Assembly (NCBI GenBank): GCA_016931055.1
Contig: JAFGFL010000072.1
Location: 1-57,700, forward strand
Source: Candidatus Omnitrophota bacterium
Lineage (GTDB): Bacteria; Omnitrophota; Gorgyraeia; Zapsychrales; Zapsychraceae
DNA length: 57,700 bases
Direction: 5' to 3'
Positions 29,156 to 38,396 of this stretch are shown here, piece after piece; position 1 is the first letter of the stretch; each line of letters opens with the position of its first letter. The translations under genes were made by a program, and so were the position numbers. The notes under the pieces are model-generated. The model worked only from the letters and a program-made list of their open reading frames with translations, was not told the DNA's origin and did no database searches.

Positions 29156-29184
29156 CCCACGGCAACTCCGGGAGTTGCCGTGGG
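29156..29184. repeat. REP-like palindrome CCCACGGCAACTC-CGG-GAGTTGCCGTGGG
   Basis: Family copies at 3115, 8577, 47106, 49446, 52784, 55105, 56801 and 56827. Confidence 0.85.
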
Positions 29185-29195
29185 GACAGAAACCG

Positions 29196-29267
29196 CGTCC
29201 CCGGCTGGAATCGAACCAGCATCTATGGCTCCGGAGGCCAGCACTCTATCCGTTGAGCTACGGGGAC
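29196..29267 (-). tRNA. tRNA-Arg(CCG)
   Basis: GTCCCCG acceptor stem, TAGCTCAACGGATAGAG D arm, CCG anticodon, GTTCGATTC T loop; CCA not encoded. Confidence 0.95.
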
Positions 29268-29526
29268 AAATTACCACAAACCAATAATGTGTTTGTTCCC
29301 AACAGGAACAAACACTAATATTCAGAGAAAATTGTCCCAGTACTTTTTTCAACAAAAAAAGTACGGGGATCATCTTCCTCAAACCAATAACGTGTCCGTT
29401 TCTAACAGAAACGGACACTACCATCCAGAGAGATTTGTCCCCGTCCTCATTTTGTTAAAATGAGGACGGGGAATTATTTGCAATAATCAAACATCTACCG
29501 GGCGGCCGTAAAGGCCGCCCCTACAA

Positions 29527-30288
29527 TCAAATTTTTTCTTTATATTCTTTCCAGATTCGTTCCAGCGCCTCCCCCGCCTTCATCGGGATCTTGATATCCA
29601 CCTCACCCGAAAGAAGCGTGTCATCCGGATTAATCTCAACCGTCGTGCTGCCGGAATGTTTCGCATCCACTAACGGGCCTTGGATATACGGAAAAACTCC
29701 CGTTGTGCCGATCCAGAAATAGATATCGAAGCCTTTTTCGACCTGATCCGTAAGCGTCTGATACTTATCGAAGGGAAGCATCTCCCCAAAGAGGACGACA
29801 TCCGGCCGTATAATAAATCCGCATTTAGGGCACTTGGGGGGAATGGTCAAGCCGCTAAAATCTTTCACCGTCTTGCGCCAATAGCACTTCATGCATTTCA
29901 GATGGTGGAGATTGCCGTGGATCTCGATAACATGTTCCGCCCCGGCGTCCGTGTGAAAACCATCGACATTCTGGGTCAGCACCCAGACGCGGTTAAACGC
30001 GCGCTCCATTTCGGCTATGATCTGGTGAGCGCGGTTAAAGGTCGCGTTGCGGCAATTGCGCTCAATCTGCAAAAGATATTTCCAGGTCACGGACGGGTCT
30101 TTATAAAGCATTTCCCCGGCCAGCGCCGTCTCAACCGGGATCCCGTCTTCCGTATCCTGTGATTCATACAACCCGCCGATCCCCCTGTAGGTCGGCAGTC
30201 CAGACTCCGCCGATATTCCGGCCCCGGTAATGAAGAGGATGCTCCTGCAGCTCTTCAACAATTCACTGACTTTGGGAATATTTTCCAT
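29527..30288 (-). CDS. cobB: Sir2-family NAD-dependent deacylase
   Basis: GAGISAESGLPTYRG, TQNVDG, HG, two CxxC, RPDVVLFGE. Confidence 0.93.
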   Translation of the reverse strand: MENIPKVSELLKSCRSILFITGAGISAESGLPTYRGIGGLYESQDTEDGIPVETALAGEMLYKDPSVTWKYLLQIERNCRNATFNRAHQIIAEMERAFNRVWVLTQNVDGFHTDAGAEHVIEIHGNLHHLKCMKCYWRKTVKDFSGLTIPPKCPKCGFIIRPDVVLFGEMLPFDKYQTLTDQVEKGFDIYFWIGTTGVFPYIQGPLVDAKHSGSTTVEINPDDTLLSGEVDIKIPMKAGEALERIWKEYKEKI

Positions 30289-30458
30289 CGGGGAAACCCT
30301 GACACGTTAGGGATTATAGCATAAGTGTGAGGCTTTGTATTCTATTTCCTGGCAGAAAAAAGGACGGATGCTTATGCGCCCGTCCCAAAACGTTCATTCC
30401 CTGTCGTCTGTCAGGACTCATGAATTCAGGGGAAACAAAATTTCATTTAAGCTGCTTC

Positions 30459-30719
30459 TTATGGGGTGACTTTAAAAACCTTATCGCCTTCATGCACCTT
30501 TTGAGCGACTTTGATCCCTGCCGCCTCGCCGGCCCCGGCTTCCTCGACATTTTCGTGTTCAAGCTGGATCGATTCCACCGGTTGGGTAAAATCATCATGA
30601 GCGCCTTTAATATGGATCGTGTCTCCGACCTTAAGCTGAGCCGAAAGATTTATTATCCCGACGCTCAAATGGTTGTAATAATGGGAAATTTTTCCGATTT
30701 GTTGTTCAGCCATTTCCAT
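30459..30719 (-). CDS. Small beta-barrel protein (translation-factor domain II / U32 C-terminal-like)
   Basis: IGKISHYY..L.VGDTIHIKG...KVHEGDKV. Confidence 0.75.
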   Translation of the reverse strand: MEMAEQQIGKISHYYNHLSVGIINLSAQLKVGDTIHIKGAHDDFTQPVESIQLEHENVEEAGAGEAAGIKVAQKVHEGDKVFKVTP

Positions 30720-30733
30720 TCTCCTTTTTTGAA

Positions 30734-30928
30734 TTAACGGCCGTAAGGATTTTCTTCCGGCTTGACTTCGCCTTGAACAGCTTCAGCGCCGCCTTCAGTG
30801 ACCGACCCGACCGCATTGGCCGTCGCACCGACCGCCGTTCCAACAGCATTACCGGCCTTGTGGACCGTTTCGCATCCGGCCAATCCCATGGAAAGAATCA
30901 CAAAGGAAATCATGAAAGATTTATTCAC
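30734..30928 (-). CDS. Small lipoprotein
   Basis: LAGC lipobox; GTG start with GGAGG RBS. Confidence 0.75.
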   Translation of the reverse strand: MNKSFMISFVILSMGLAGCETVHKAGNAVGTAVGATANAVGSVTEGGAEAVQGEVKPEENPYGR

Positions 30929-30969
30929 TAACGCCTCCTTTAAAAAGGAATGTGTCCCTTTTTTACAGT

Positions 30970-31917
30970 TTATTGGACAACCAGATCACCGGCCACAACC
31001 GCGCTTGTGGCAGCGCCCCAGATTTCAGCTTTCGAGAACTTCGGCTGCACCTCAATGACCTTGATGTCGGCTACTTTGGTCGCTTCGCTCCCTAAATCCA
31101 TTCCCGTGTCAGGATCGATGAGCGCTTCCCCTTCCCTAAGGACCTCGAACCGGTCACCTGCATGGACATTCGCGTTCTCCCCGGCATTGATAAAGACAAC
31201 GCCGTCTTTGAAAGACACCACTTTTCCTTTCCACGGGACTTCTGACAATTTCTGTGCAATATATTCGACAGCCCGGTCGATGGTCATCTGCACAGCTTTT
31301 CCAAGAGGGGTCGATTTGAAATTCGATGAAGAAAGGTCAAAGCTGCCGCTGTAGCCGATCGACAGCCCGCCGGAACGCGCTTCGCCTTCGACCCTCCTGG
31401 AATCGATCACCTCTCCCGTCGTTGAGTCAATCAATTGAACGATCACGGCCATGCTCGCCGTGGACTTCTTTGTGCCGAGAGATACGCCCGAGATGCTGAA
31501 CCCCTGCCCGCCACCGGAGGTATTCTCTTCAAATTCCGTGATCTGCCCTTTGATCAAGATCTGGGCAGGAATGGCCTTACCCTTCTGCGCGGTTGTCGAT
31601 TGGGCCATACGGCCTGAAGCCGCCAGGTCCTGCTCGGCAAAGACGACATCCAGGTCGGCGCGCGTCAAGACATTGAACTTCCCGCTCTGGACCAAGGCAT
31701 CGGTCAATTGGGTGGTAAAATCATTCCCCAACCGCACTTCGCCCCTATATCCAGAATCGTTCTCGAAATCAAAGACCGCGACGGTCTTCTTTAAGTTCTG
31801 CAAAGACGGGGATTCGCTGGCAGCCTCAGAGCCTTTCTTCAAATTGCCAGACGCCAGCGCATCGCTGACAGGCAGGATACTGATAGCTAAGCATAGAAAC
31901 AACGGCAGCATTTTCAT
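30970..31917 (-). CDS. CsgG/HfaB-family protein with FlgT-like C-terminal domain
   Basis: VAVFDFEN..LVQSGKF...GQITEF; INAGENANV..GDRF. Confidence 0.85.
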   Translation of the reverse strand: MKMLPLFLCLAISILPVSDALASGNLKKGSEAASESPSLQNLKKTVAVFDFENDSGYRGEVRLGNDFTTQLTDALVQSGKFNVLTRADLDVVFAEQDLAASGRMAQSTTAQKGKAIPAQILIKGQITEFEENTSGGGQGFSISGVSLGTKKSTASMAVIVQLIDSTTGEVIDSRRVEGEARSGGLSIGYSGSFDLSSSNFKSTPLGKAVQMTIDRAVEYIAQKLSEVPWKGKVVSFKDGVVFINAGENANVHAGDRFEVLREGEALIDPDTGMDLGSEATKVADIKVIEVQPKFSKAEIWGAATSAVVAGDLVVQ

Positions 31918-31932
31918 AGAGTTTCTCCTTTT

Positions 31933-32529
31933 TTAGTAGCAAATAACATTTTTTAGATCATTAACATCAGCCGGCATGTCAGGCAGGACGACCGACTCCC
32001 CATCCAAATCATACACCGAATACCCTCCGGCTTCCTCACTGTCAAGAACAACCAGGTAACTCGCGCCGGCATCCTCGCAGGTTTCGATATAGAACCGGTC
32101 AATATCCTCGTTCACGGGAAACCTCTTTTGGGATTCGACGTTAAACCCTCTTAATCGATGCCTTCCATCTGGCGATATTTCCACATAATACACAAAATCT
32201 TCATCCGGGGAGAACACGATCCCGGCATTCTGGTCATTGGTCATGAAGCTTAAATAGGACTCATTGTCTTCATTTAACGTTTCATAGATCCAGAATCTTC
32301 TCTTGTATAAAGAAGAGGATTTGCTTTTTCTTTTAAAGACATCCAGGGCCCGCTTCACAATATCCGTTTCTTCCTTGACCGTATAACGTTTCGTATTATA
32401 TTCCTTTTTTGTCCCGGCTGTGTTTGCCTCAAGACCTTCATCCTTTTTAGGGACAGAGGCATTCTCCTGCGCCAAACCCATTGCCGCGGTGCAGATAAAA
32501 ATAATGAAGGTCAGAATAAGATTTCGCAT
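31933..32529 (-). CDS. Hypothetical exported protein
   Basis: Signal peptide MRNLIL...GLA-Q. Confidence 0.7.
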   Translation of the reverse strand: MRNLILTFIIFICTAAMGLAQENASVPKKDEGLEANTAGTKKEYNTKRYTVKEETDIVKRALDVFKRKSKSSSLYKRRFWIYETLNEDNESYLSFMTNDQNAGIVFSPDEDFVYYVEISPDGRHRLRGFNVESQKRFPVNEDIDRFYIETCEDAGASYLVVLDSEEAGGYSVYDLDGESVVLPDMPADVNDLKNVICY

Positions 32530-32644
32530 AGGTCTTCTGGTGGCGGAACTGCCTGTTGGGTTAACCGTAAATAATGGGATTATTCTACCCTGAAATGAAG
32601 TAACTGACAATATTTAATTGAGAGCAAGTCCAGTACCTGCCAAA

Positions 32645-33373
32645 CTAATGATCAACCGGCGCAAAAATATCCGCTGAATCATTCTTCGGCGAATTGACTA
32701 ACGTTGAAATCTCATAGGCATCCATCTCTTTATCGTCATAAGGCTTTAGAAGGCGCTTGACATCCTCGATCCCAATTTCGCTAAGCCAGGCATCCTCTTT
32801 GTCCTGCGGCAGGATCACGGGCATGCGCTCGTGGATGCCTTTCAATAACCGGTTCGATTCCGTCGTGATGATCGAACAGGAATAAATGCCTTTCTCTTTC
32901 TCCCCCCACAGGTCCCATATGCCCGCGAACGCAAAAACACCTTCGTCTTTCATCATGATCCTGTACGGGCTTTTTTTGCCGTCGGCGCGCCCGCCTTGCC
33001 GCTTTTCGTGGCTGGCGAGGCTTCGCATCCCGCTGGATTTCCTGCCGGGTGCGAGTTTCCATTCATAAAAGGAATCGGCCAGGATCAGGCAGCGCTTGTG
33101 GCGGACGGGGCCGCGGTAGGCCGGCCTTTCGGTCAGTGTCTCGGCCTTGGCGTTGATCATGCTGTACTGCGTGTTTTCCTCTTTGGCCCAATGCGGGATC
33201 AATCCCCACCGGATCATGGAGATTTCATGCGGCGATTCATTGAGGATCGCGGGGACATCCTGGGAAGGTGCGATATTATAGTGAGGCTCCAGCTTCTCGG
33301 GGACTTTGGAAAGCTTGAAACGTTCTTTCAGTTTTTTACCATCTGTTTTTGTAAACGCATAGCGTCCGCACAT
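32645..33373 (-). CDS. SOS response-associated peptidase (SRAP/YedK/HMCES)
   Basis: MCGRY N-terminus, WGLIP, INAKAE, FYEW, IHERMPVIL. Confidence 0.95.
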   Translation of the reverse strand: MCGRYAFTKTDGKKLKERFKLSKVPEKLEPHYNIAPSQDVPAILNESPHEISMIRWGLIPHWAKEENTQYSMINAKAETLTERPAYRGPVRHKRCLILADSFYEWKLAPGRKSSGMRSLASHEKRQGGRADGKKSPYRIMMKDEGVFAFAGIWDLWGEKEKGIYSCSIITTESNRLLKGIHERMPVILPQDKEDAWLSEIGIEDVKRLLKPYDDKEMDAYEISTLVNSPKNDSADIFAPVDH

Positions 33374-33426
33374 GATGGGATATCATAGCGCGGAATGAAC
33401 CGTAGGTCAATAAACGGCTGGTCACT

Positions 33427-34605
33427 TCACCGTTCATACGTCGCGTTCTTCAAAGAGGCCGGATAGACCGTCCACTCGCCGTATTGATCATTGACCCGGT
33501 CCACAGAGCGGATCAATCGGTCGCGTCTATCCTGACGGTCAAACAAGTAATGATGATCAGCGAAAGATAAATGGGAAACGCTCACCCCCAAGACCCGCGC
33601 GCAAAGGTCGGAAAGCCCCATCTGCTCAACAATATGCAGGCACCGCTGGTAGATTTCATAACCGTCATAGGTCGGCTCGGTAAATGTCTTGCGCTTGGCT
33701 GAGCCGCCGCCGATCCCATCACTGATATAAAAATAAACCGTCCTGGCCATCAGGGCCTTGTGACGCAGCCGCATCGCCACCATCTCGGACAGAAGATAGA
33801 TCCAGTCCTTGATATACTGCTGGTCACAGCTCGCCTGCCGCAGCGTCTGCGAATGCCCGATGGATTTAGGCGGCCCGTCCCCTTCGGCAAAATAGTCAAT
33901 GTCGCTGAAATCCTCCACGCGGCAGGCGGCCTTAAGCCATAAGCCGATCACGCCGAAATGTTCTTTCAGGACACGGTCGGGATACTTCGCCAACTGGCCG
34001 CACGTTTGAATCCCCAGCAGATGGAACCGCTTTTTTAAGCGCTCGCCGATGCCGCAGATCTTCTCGACCGGCAAGCCTTCAAGGATCGCCAGCGCCTCGT
34101 CGCGCCCGATGACATAAAGCCCGTCCGGTTTTTTCATTTTCGCCGCGAGTTTCGCCGTGATCTTGGTGGGCGCGGCCCCGACCGAGCAGGTGATCCCGAA
34201 TTCCTCCCTGATCTTCTCTTTGACCGACCTTCCCATCTCCTCTTCGGACCCGAACAGCTTCCGGCAGCCGTCCGCTTCAAGGAAGAATTCATCGACGGAG
34301 AACTTCTCGATCTTCGGGCTGAAAGCCTTTAAGATCTCAAAGATCCGGTTTGATGTATAGATGTATTTCGGCGTGTCTGCCGGGACAAAAATGGCCTGCG
34401 GGCAAATCTTCAAGGCCAGCCACGAAGGCATGGCGCTGGTCACCCCCAGCCGCTTGGCCTCATAGGACGCCGCACAGATGATCGAGCGGTATTTATAATC
34501 GCGGCCGCCGATAATGACGGGTTTGCCCCTTAAGGAAGGGTTGACCTGCTGCTCGACCGAGGCGAAAAAAGCGTCCATGTCGATATGCATTATTCGAGAG
34601 GACAT
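33427..34605 (-). CDS. dinB: Y-family DNA polymerase IV
   Basis: HIDMDAFFASVE, SYEAK, SVDE, AKLAA, KPDG. Confidence 0.93.
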   Translation of the reverse strand: MSSRIMHIDMDAFFASVEQQVNPSLRGKPVIIGGRDYKYRSIICAASYEAKRLGVTSAMPSWLALKICPQAIFVPADTPKYIYTSNRIFEILKAFSPKIEKFSVDEFFLEADGCRKLFGSEEEMGRSVKEKIREEFGITCSVGAAPTKITAKLAAKMKKPDGLYVIGRDEALAILEGLPVEKICGIGERLKKRFHLLGIQTCGQLAKYPDRVLKEHFGVIGLWLKAACRVEDFSDIDYFAEGDGPPKSIGHSQTLRQASCDQQYIKDWIYLLSEMVAMRLRHKALMARTVYFYISDGIGGGSAKRKTFTEPTYDGYEIYQRCLHIVEQMGLSDLCARVLGVSVSHLSFADHHYLFDRQDRRDRLIRSVDRVNDQYGEWTVYPASLKNATYER

Positions 34606-34877
34606 GACCCCGCCAGCCTCCAATACAAATGCTTGGTGTTAAAGTAAATCTTGTAGAGATTGGCTCCATCGGTCACGGAATAATAATGAAGGACCTCCGC
34701 GCCGCGGGCCTCCGCCCAATGATAAGTCACTTCCTTGACCGGGTATTTTCTCCCTTTATGAAAGAAAGATTGCGGAAAGACCTTTCCCTCTTTAAAGATG
34801 ACCGCGACATCCACGGGCTCCTCATGGCGCGATTGCTCGGGCGTGTGCCTGTCCCAACGGGAATCGTTGCTGAACAT
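34590..34877 (-). CDS. Small protein preceding dinB (DUF6504/YolD-like accessory)
   Basis: Overlaps the dinB start; P.SF..KGRKY.V..V.YHW...W.L pattern. Confidence 0.7.
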   Translation of the reverse strand: MFSNDSRWDRHTPEQSRHEEPVDVAVIFKEGKVFPQSFFHKGRKYPVKEVTYHWAEARGAEVLHYYSVTDGANLYKIYFNTKHLYWRLAGSCPLE

Positions 34878-35044
34878 AATCGTGACCTTAAAAACAGGAT
34901 AATGCGCAGTTTTAAGTTGATTGGAATATACCACACGGATGTGTGGCTGTAAAGAGGAAAAAGGCCAAGAAAAAATCTTGGCCTTTTTATTTGAATCAAA
35001 AACAAAGGACAGATCTTCTGGCAATGGGATCCCTAATTGATCAT

Positions 35045-35782
35045 TTAATCGGCGTAGCCGACCGGCACCATGTATAGCGGTTCACGGTCTGCAGGGAGGG
35101 AAAGGAGCTCCTTTACTTTTTCTTCATCAAAAGCGCCCATCGGGACCGAGCTTAAACCCAGCGCCACCGCCTGAAGATGGACGTTCTGGGCAATGTGGCC
35201 GGCCTCCATGTGCGCATACATCCTGCCGCGCTCGCCGTATTTGGAGGTCACGCGCGAGTAGACGGCGGTGATCACCATCGTCATGGGCGCGAATTTGACG
35301 ATCTCCTGACGGAAGGTCATTGCCGATAACGACGCGCGCAAATCTTCTTTTTTAACCACTTCCAAGCAATGCCCTTCAGGGACATAGTGAAAGAGTCCTT
35401 CGGGTGTTAAAAGATAAAGCTCCATCGGATATGTCGCCCCCGCCGACGGCACCGCCCGCAGGTCAATGTCATCCCGCCTGCCGGTCGCCCCCTGCGCCGC
35501 CCAGAGGAGCTGGCCGATCTGCTTAAGCGTCAATTCCGTTTGCAGGAACGTGCGCTGCGACCGCCGCTTCACGATCGTTTCCTCCAAAGGGACCTTGCCT
35601 TTGCGGTCGGGCTGGGGCAGCTGGATCTGTTTCGCCTGATTGGATAAATTCGATTGCGCCATAAGGACACTCCGTTCTCCGGGGACCAATAACATCCCGA
35701 TGAATAAAAGAATTAGACTGAAAGATGTTTTATAAACCCACTTCAACCTGCGAGGTTGAAGTGGGTTCAGATACAGCGGCAT
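35045..35782 (-). CDS. SagB/ThcOx-family nitroreductase
   Basis: RRSQR, LLWAAQG, PSAGATYP, EAGHIAQN; start position uncertain. Confidence 0.9.
   Translation of the reverse strand: MPLYLNPLQPRRLKWVYKTSFSLILLFIGMLLVPGERSVLMAQSNLSNQAKQIQLPQPDRKGKVPLEETIVKRRSQRTFLQTELTLKQIGQLLWAAQGATGRRDDIDLRAVPSAGATYPMELYLLTPEGLFHYVPEGHCLEVVKKEDLRASLSAMTFRQEIVKFAPMTMVITAVYSRVTSKYGERGRMYAHMEAGHIAQNVHLQAVALGLSSVPMGAFDEEKVKELLSLPADREPLYMVPVGYAD
35735..35767. repeat. 33-bp palindrome AACCCACTTCAACC-N5-GGTTGAAGTGGGTT
   Basis: Identical inverted copy at 36551-36583. Confidence 0.9.
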
Positions 35783-35795
35783 TTTTTCCCTGTCC

Positions 35796-36545
35796 TTAGA
35801 AATCAGGAGAATCGTCCCTGGAAAATTTCCTGAGGCCGGCCTGGACATCGCCGAATTTCCGCATAAATTCCAGCTCTTGGTAGGTGTACAAGTTGCTGAT
35901 GCTGTCAAGAGGATCTTGCCGACCGCGCAGCCTCTTGCGCAGATTGACATACTCCCTGTTCCAGGCGGAATATGCCGGTTTAACCATCCGTTCCAACGCT
36001 TCCCATAAGCTGGGAATCGTCCACATTTCCTCTTCAGATGTCAACAAAGCGCCATACGCCCTGATGAGGCGCAGATAATATTCGGCGTCGGGTTCGCTCG
36101 GGCCCGAAGAAAATTGAGCAGACTCCTCAACAATCTTCTTGTTCAAGTTATCCGAGATTTCCCGGCAGTTTTTTAGATCGGATTTTTTTATGGCCCCTAT
36201 TTTCCAGGCATATTGATCATTGGCCAGTCTCTCGATGTTGGCCAAAAGATACGCCATGCCGTTTTTATCGTTTTCAACCTTGCGCGTTATTTTCCCGGAC
36301 AGTTCCCGCAGATCCAAAATGCCTTGTTCATCCGGAGCGACCCCTTCGATAAATCCAGCCAATGCCTCCCTTTCCGCAGGCGTCAAAATCCTGACCAAGT
36401 TCAGCCATTCTATCACCTGTTCAGGACCGGCATCTTCCTCAGCGGCATAAACGGGTTTGGCCGGCGTTCCCCTTCCCAAGACAAGGCCGCAACCCAAAAT
36501 CATCACGGTAACGGTAAATGTCCGCTTATCCATATTCTTTTCCAT
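35796..36545 (-). CDS. Hypothetical exported helical protein
   Basis: Long ORF with signal peptide. Confidence 0.7.
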   Translation of the reverse strand: MEKNMDKRTFTVTVMILGCGLVLGRGTPAKPVYAAEEDAGPEQVIEWLNLVRILTPAEREALAGFIEGVAPDEQGILDLRELSGKITRKVENDKNGMAYLLANIERLANDQYAWKIGAIKKSDLKNCREISDNLNKKIVEESAQFSSGPSEPDAEYYLRLIRAYGALLTSEEEMWTIPSLWEALERMVKPAYSAWNREYVNLRKRLRGRQDPLDSISNLYTYQELEFMRKFGDVQAGLRKFSRDDSPDF

Positions 36546-36550
36546 AGGAG

Positions 36551-36583
36551 AACCCACTTCAACCTCGCAGGTTGAAGTGGGTT
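36551..36583. repeat. 33-bp palindrome, second copy
   Basis: Loop TCGCA is the reverse complement of the TGCGA loop in copy 1. Confidence 0.9.
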
Positions 36584-36595
36584 AGCTAAATAATT

Positions 36596-36657
36596 GAGGG
36601 GTCGGGGAGTTTCCAATTGTCTTCGACCCCTCATCCTGATCGAAGCCCCGAGGACTC
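36596..36657. mobile_element. MITE copy B (short), inserted in the cstA 3' end
   Basis: TSD AAATAATT at 36588-36595 and 36658-36665. Confidence 0.85.
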
Positions 36658-38280
36658 AAATAATTTGTTTTGAGATTTTTTCTTCCGGCGAAACATCCGG
36701 ATCACTTCCACGCCCAGATAAAAAGCCGAAACCAGAAGCACCAGGGAAATGACGATCAGCAGGATTTGCTTGTTCTGCCAGTACGTCACGATCTGGAAAC
36801 AAAGGGCCGTTACCGAAGTGGCCAACATGAATATGGCGGGGATGAACGAATATCGGATCGGCCTGTCCTTGCTTAACAACCAGCAGGAAATCACGAGAAA
36901 CGCAAGGGCGGCAACCAATTGGTTGGAAGCGCCGAACGCCGGCCAGATCAACTTCCACAACGGGGTGTTGGCGCTGTCTTTGCCCAAGGCCAGCCAGCCG
37001 GCAGAAACAGCAACAATCAGCGTCGCTATATAACGGTTCTTGATCCCGAAAAGCTCCTGGGCGACATATCGCGCGATGCGCGTGGCCGTATCAAGCGTGG
37101 TCAAGATAAACGCGTTAAGGATCGTCAGCGCGATGAACATCCCCCACGGCCCCAGCAAAGGCGCAGTTACGTTCCCGAACCCCAAGCCGTACATGTTGAT
37201 CGGGCTGGTTTGCGCGGCGATATGCCCGTTGAATTCCGCCAGGGAAAACCCCCCGACAATAAGAATGACCACGATAGCCGCCAAGAACCCCTCCATCAGC
37301 ATGCCGCCGTACCCGATCAGCTTGGCGTGACTTTCATGGGACAACTGTTTCGATGTGGTGCCTGAGGCAACCAAACAATGGAACCCCGAATTCGCGCCGC
37401 ACGCGATCGTGATAAACATCATCGGCCATAAATACCCCAAAGATCCCTTATTGGCGATGAAGGCGGGCGCGTTCATGTCAGGATGGCTGACCAAGATCCC
37501 GACGAAAGCCAGGAGGATCCCTGCCGCCAACAAAAAGCTGGACAGATAATCGCGCGGCTGCAGGAGGATATTGACAGGAATGACGGAAGCGATATAACAA
37601 TAAACCAACAAGACGACCATCCACGTGGCCGTACTGTTTGCGTTGAGTTCAACCGGTAGCCAGTTTCCGGCAAAGATCATGCCCCCGACAGCCGCTAGAG
37701 CGGCAACAGTGACCGCCGCCGCGTTCCATTGGAAACGGTAGAGCGCCAGGCCGACAACTATGGCCAACGGGATGATCCCGAAAGACGGCACAACGATTTT
37801 AGGCTGCTGCACAAATGTATCGGCCCCCAAAAACGCGAAGACGGCAATCACCAAGATCAATGCCAAGAGCGTGAAGATCGAAAGGACCAATTTGGCTTTC
37901 CGCGAAATCGAAATCGCCGCGACATCACCGATGGTTACCCCTCCCTCCCTGACCGAACACATCAGAGCCCCGTAATCATGCACGCCGCCCAGAAGGATCG
38001 ACCCGAATACGATCCACATGAGCGCAGGGACCCATCCCCAGATGCACACGGCAATTGCGGGCCCCACAATGGGGCCGGCCCCGGCGATTGAAGAAAAATG
38101 GTGGCCGAACAGGACAAGCCAGTTCCTCGCCGGGATGTAATCCACCCCGTCCTGCCTTGTGTGTGCGGGTGTCTGGCGCTGAGGGTCGATGCCAAATAGC
38201 GCTTCGATCTTACAGGCGTAAAAAATGTAACCCAGGATCAACGCCGCGGTGCACAATAATAAAATAATAACGGAATTCAT
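36631..38280 (-). CDS. cstA: Carbon starvation protein A (peptide/pyruvate transporter)
   Basis: GHHFSSIAGAGPIVG, LLQPRDY, IACGANSGFH, LTTLDTATR. Confidence 0.95.
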   Translation of the reverse strand: MNSVIILLLCTAALILGYIFYACKIEALFGIDPQRQTPAHTRQDGVDYIPARNWLVLFGHHFSSIAGAGPIVGPAIAVCIWGWVPALMWIVFGSILLGGVHDYGALMCSVREGGVTIGDVAAISISRKAKLVLSIFTLLALILVIAVFAFLGADTFVQQPKIVVPSFGIIPLAIVVGLALYRFQWNAAAVTVAALAAVGGMIFAGNWLPVELNANSTATWMVVLLVYCYIASVIPVNILLQPRDYLSSFLLAAGILLAFVGILVSHPDMNAPAFIANKGSLGYLWPMMFITIACGANSGFHCLVASGTTSKQLSHESHAKLIGYGGMLMEGFLAAIVVILIVGGFSLAEFNGHIAAQTSPINMYGLGFGNVTAPLLGPWGMFIALTILNAFILTTLDTATRIARYVAQELFGIKNRYIATLIVAVSAGWLALGKDSANTPLWKLIWPAFGASNQLVAALAFLVISCWLLSKDRPIRYSFIPAIFMLATSVTALCFQIVTYWQNKQILLIVISLVLLVSAFYLGVEVIRMFRRKKKSQNKLFESSGLRSG

Positions 38281-38396
38281 GGGCCTCTGCCTTTCTTGGG
38301 TATCATTCCCAGCCTTTCTTGGGAAATATGAATACTAATAACATCAGGTTTATGATACCTTAATTTCCTGTCTTTGCAAAGGAATCCGTTGTTTGA

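Noticed and set aside
29196-29267. tRNA-Arg as an integration site
   Set aside because: No duplicated tRNA 3' end and no integrase seen in the window.
29437-29472. Perfect palindrome TCCCCGTCCTCATTTT/AAAATGAGGACGGGGA
   Set aside because: Single copy downstream of cobB; most simply a terminator-like hairpin.
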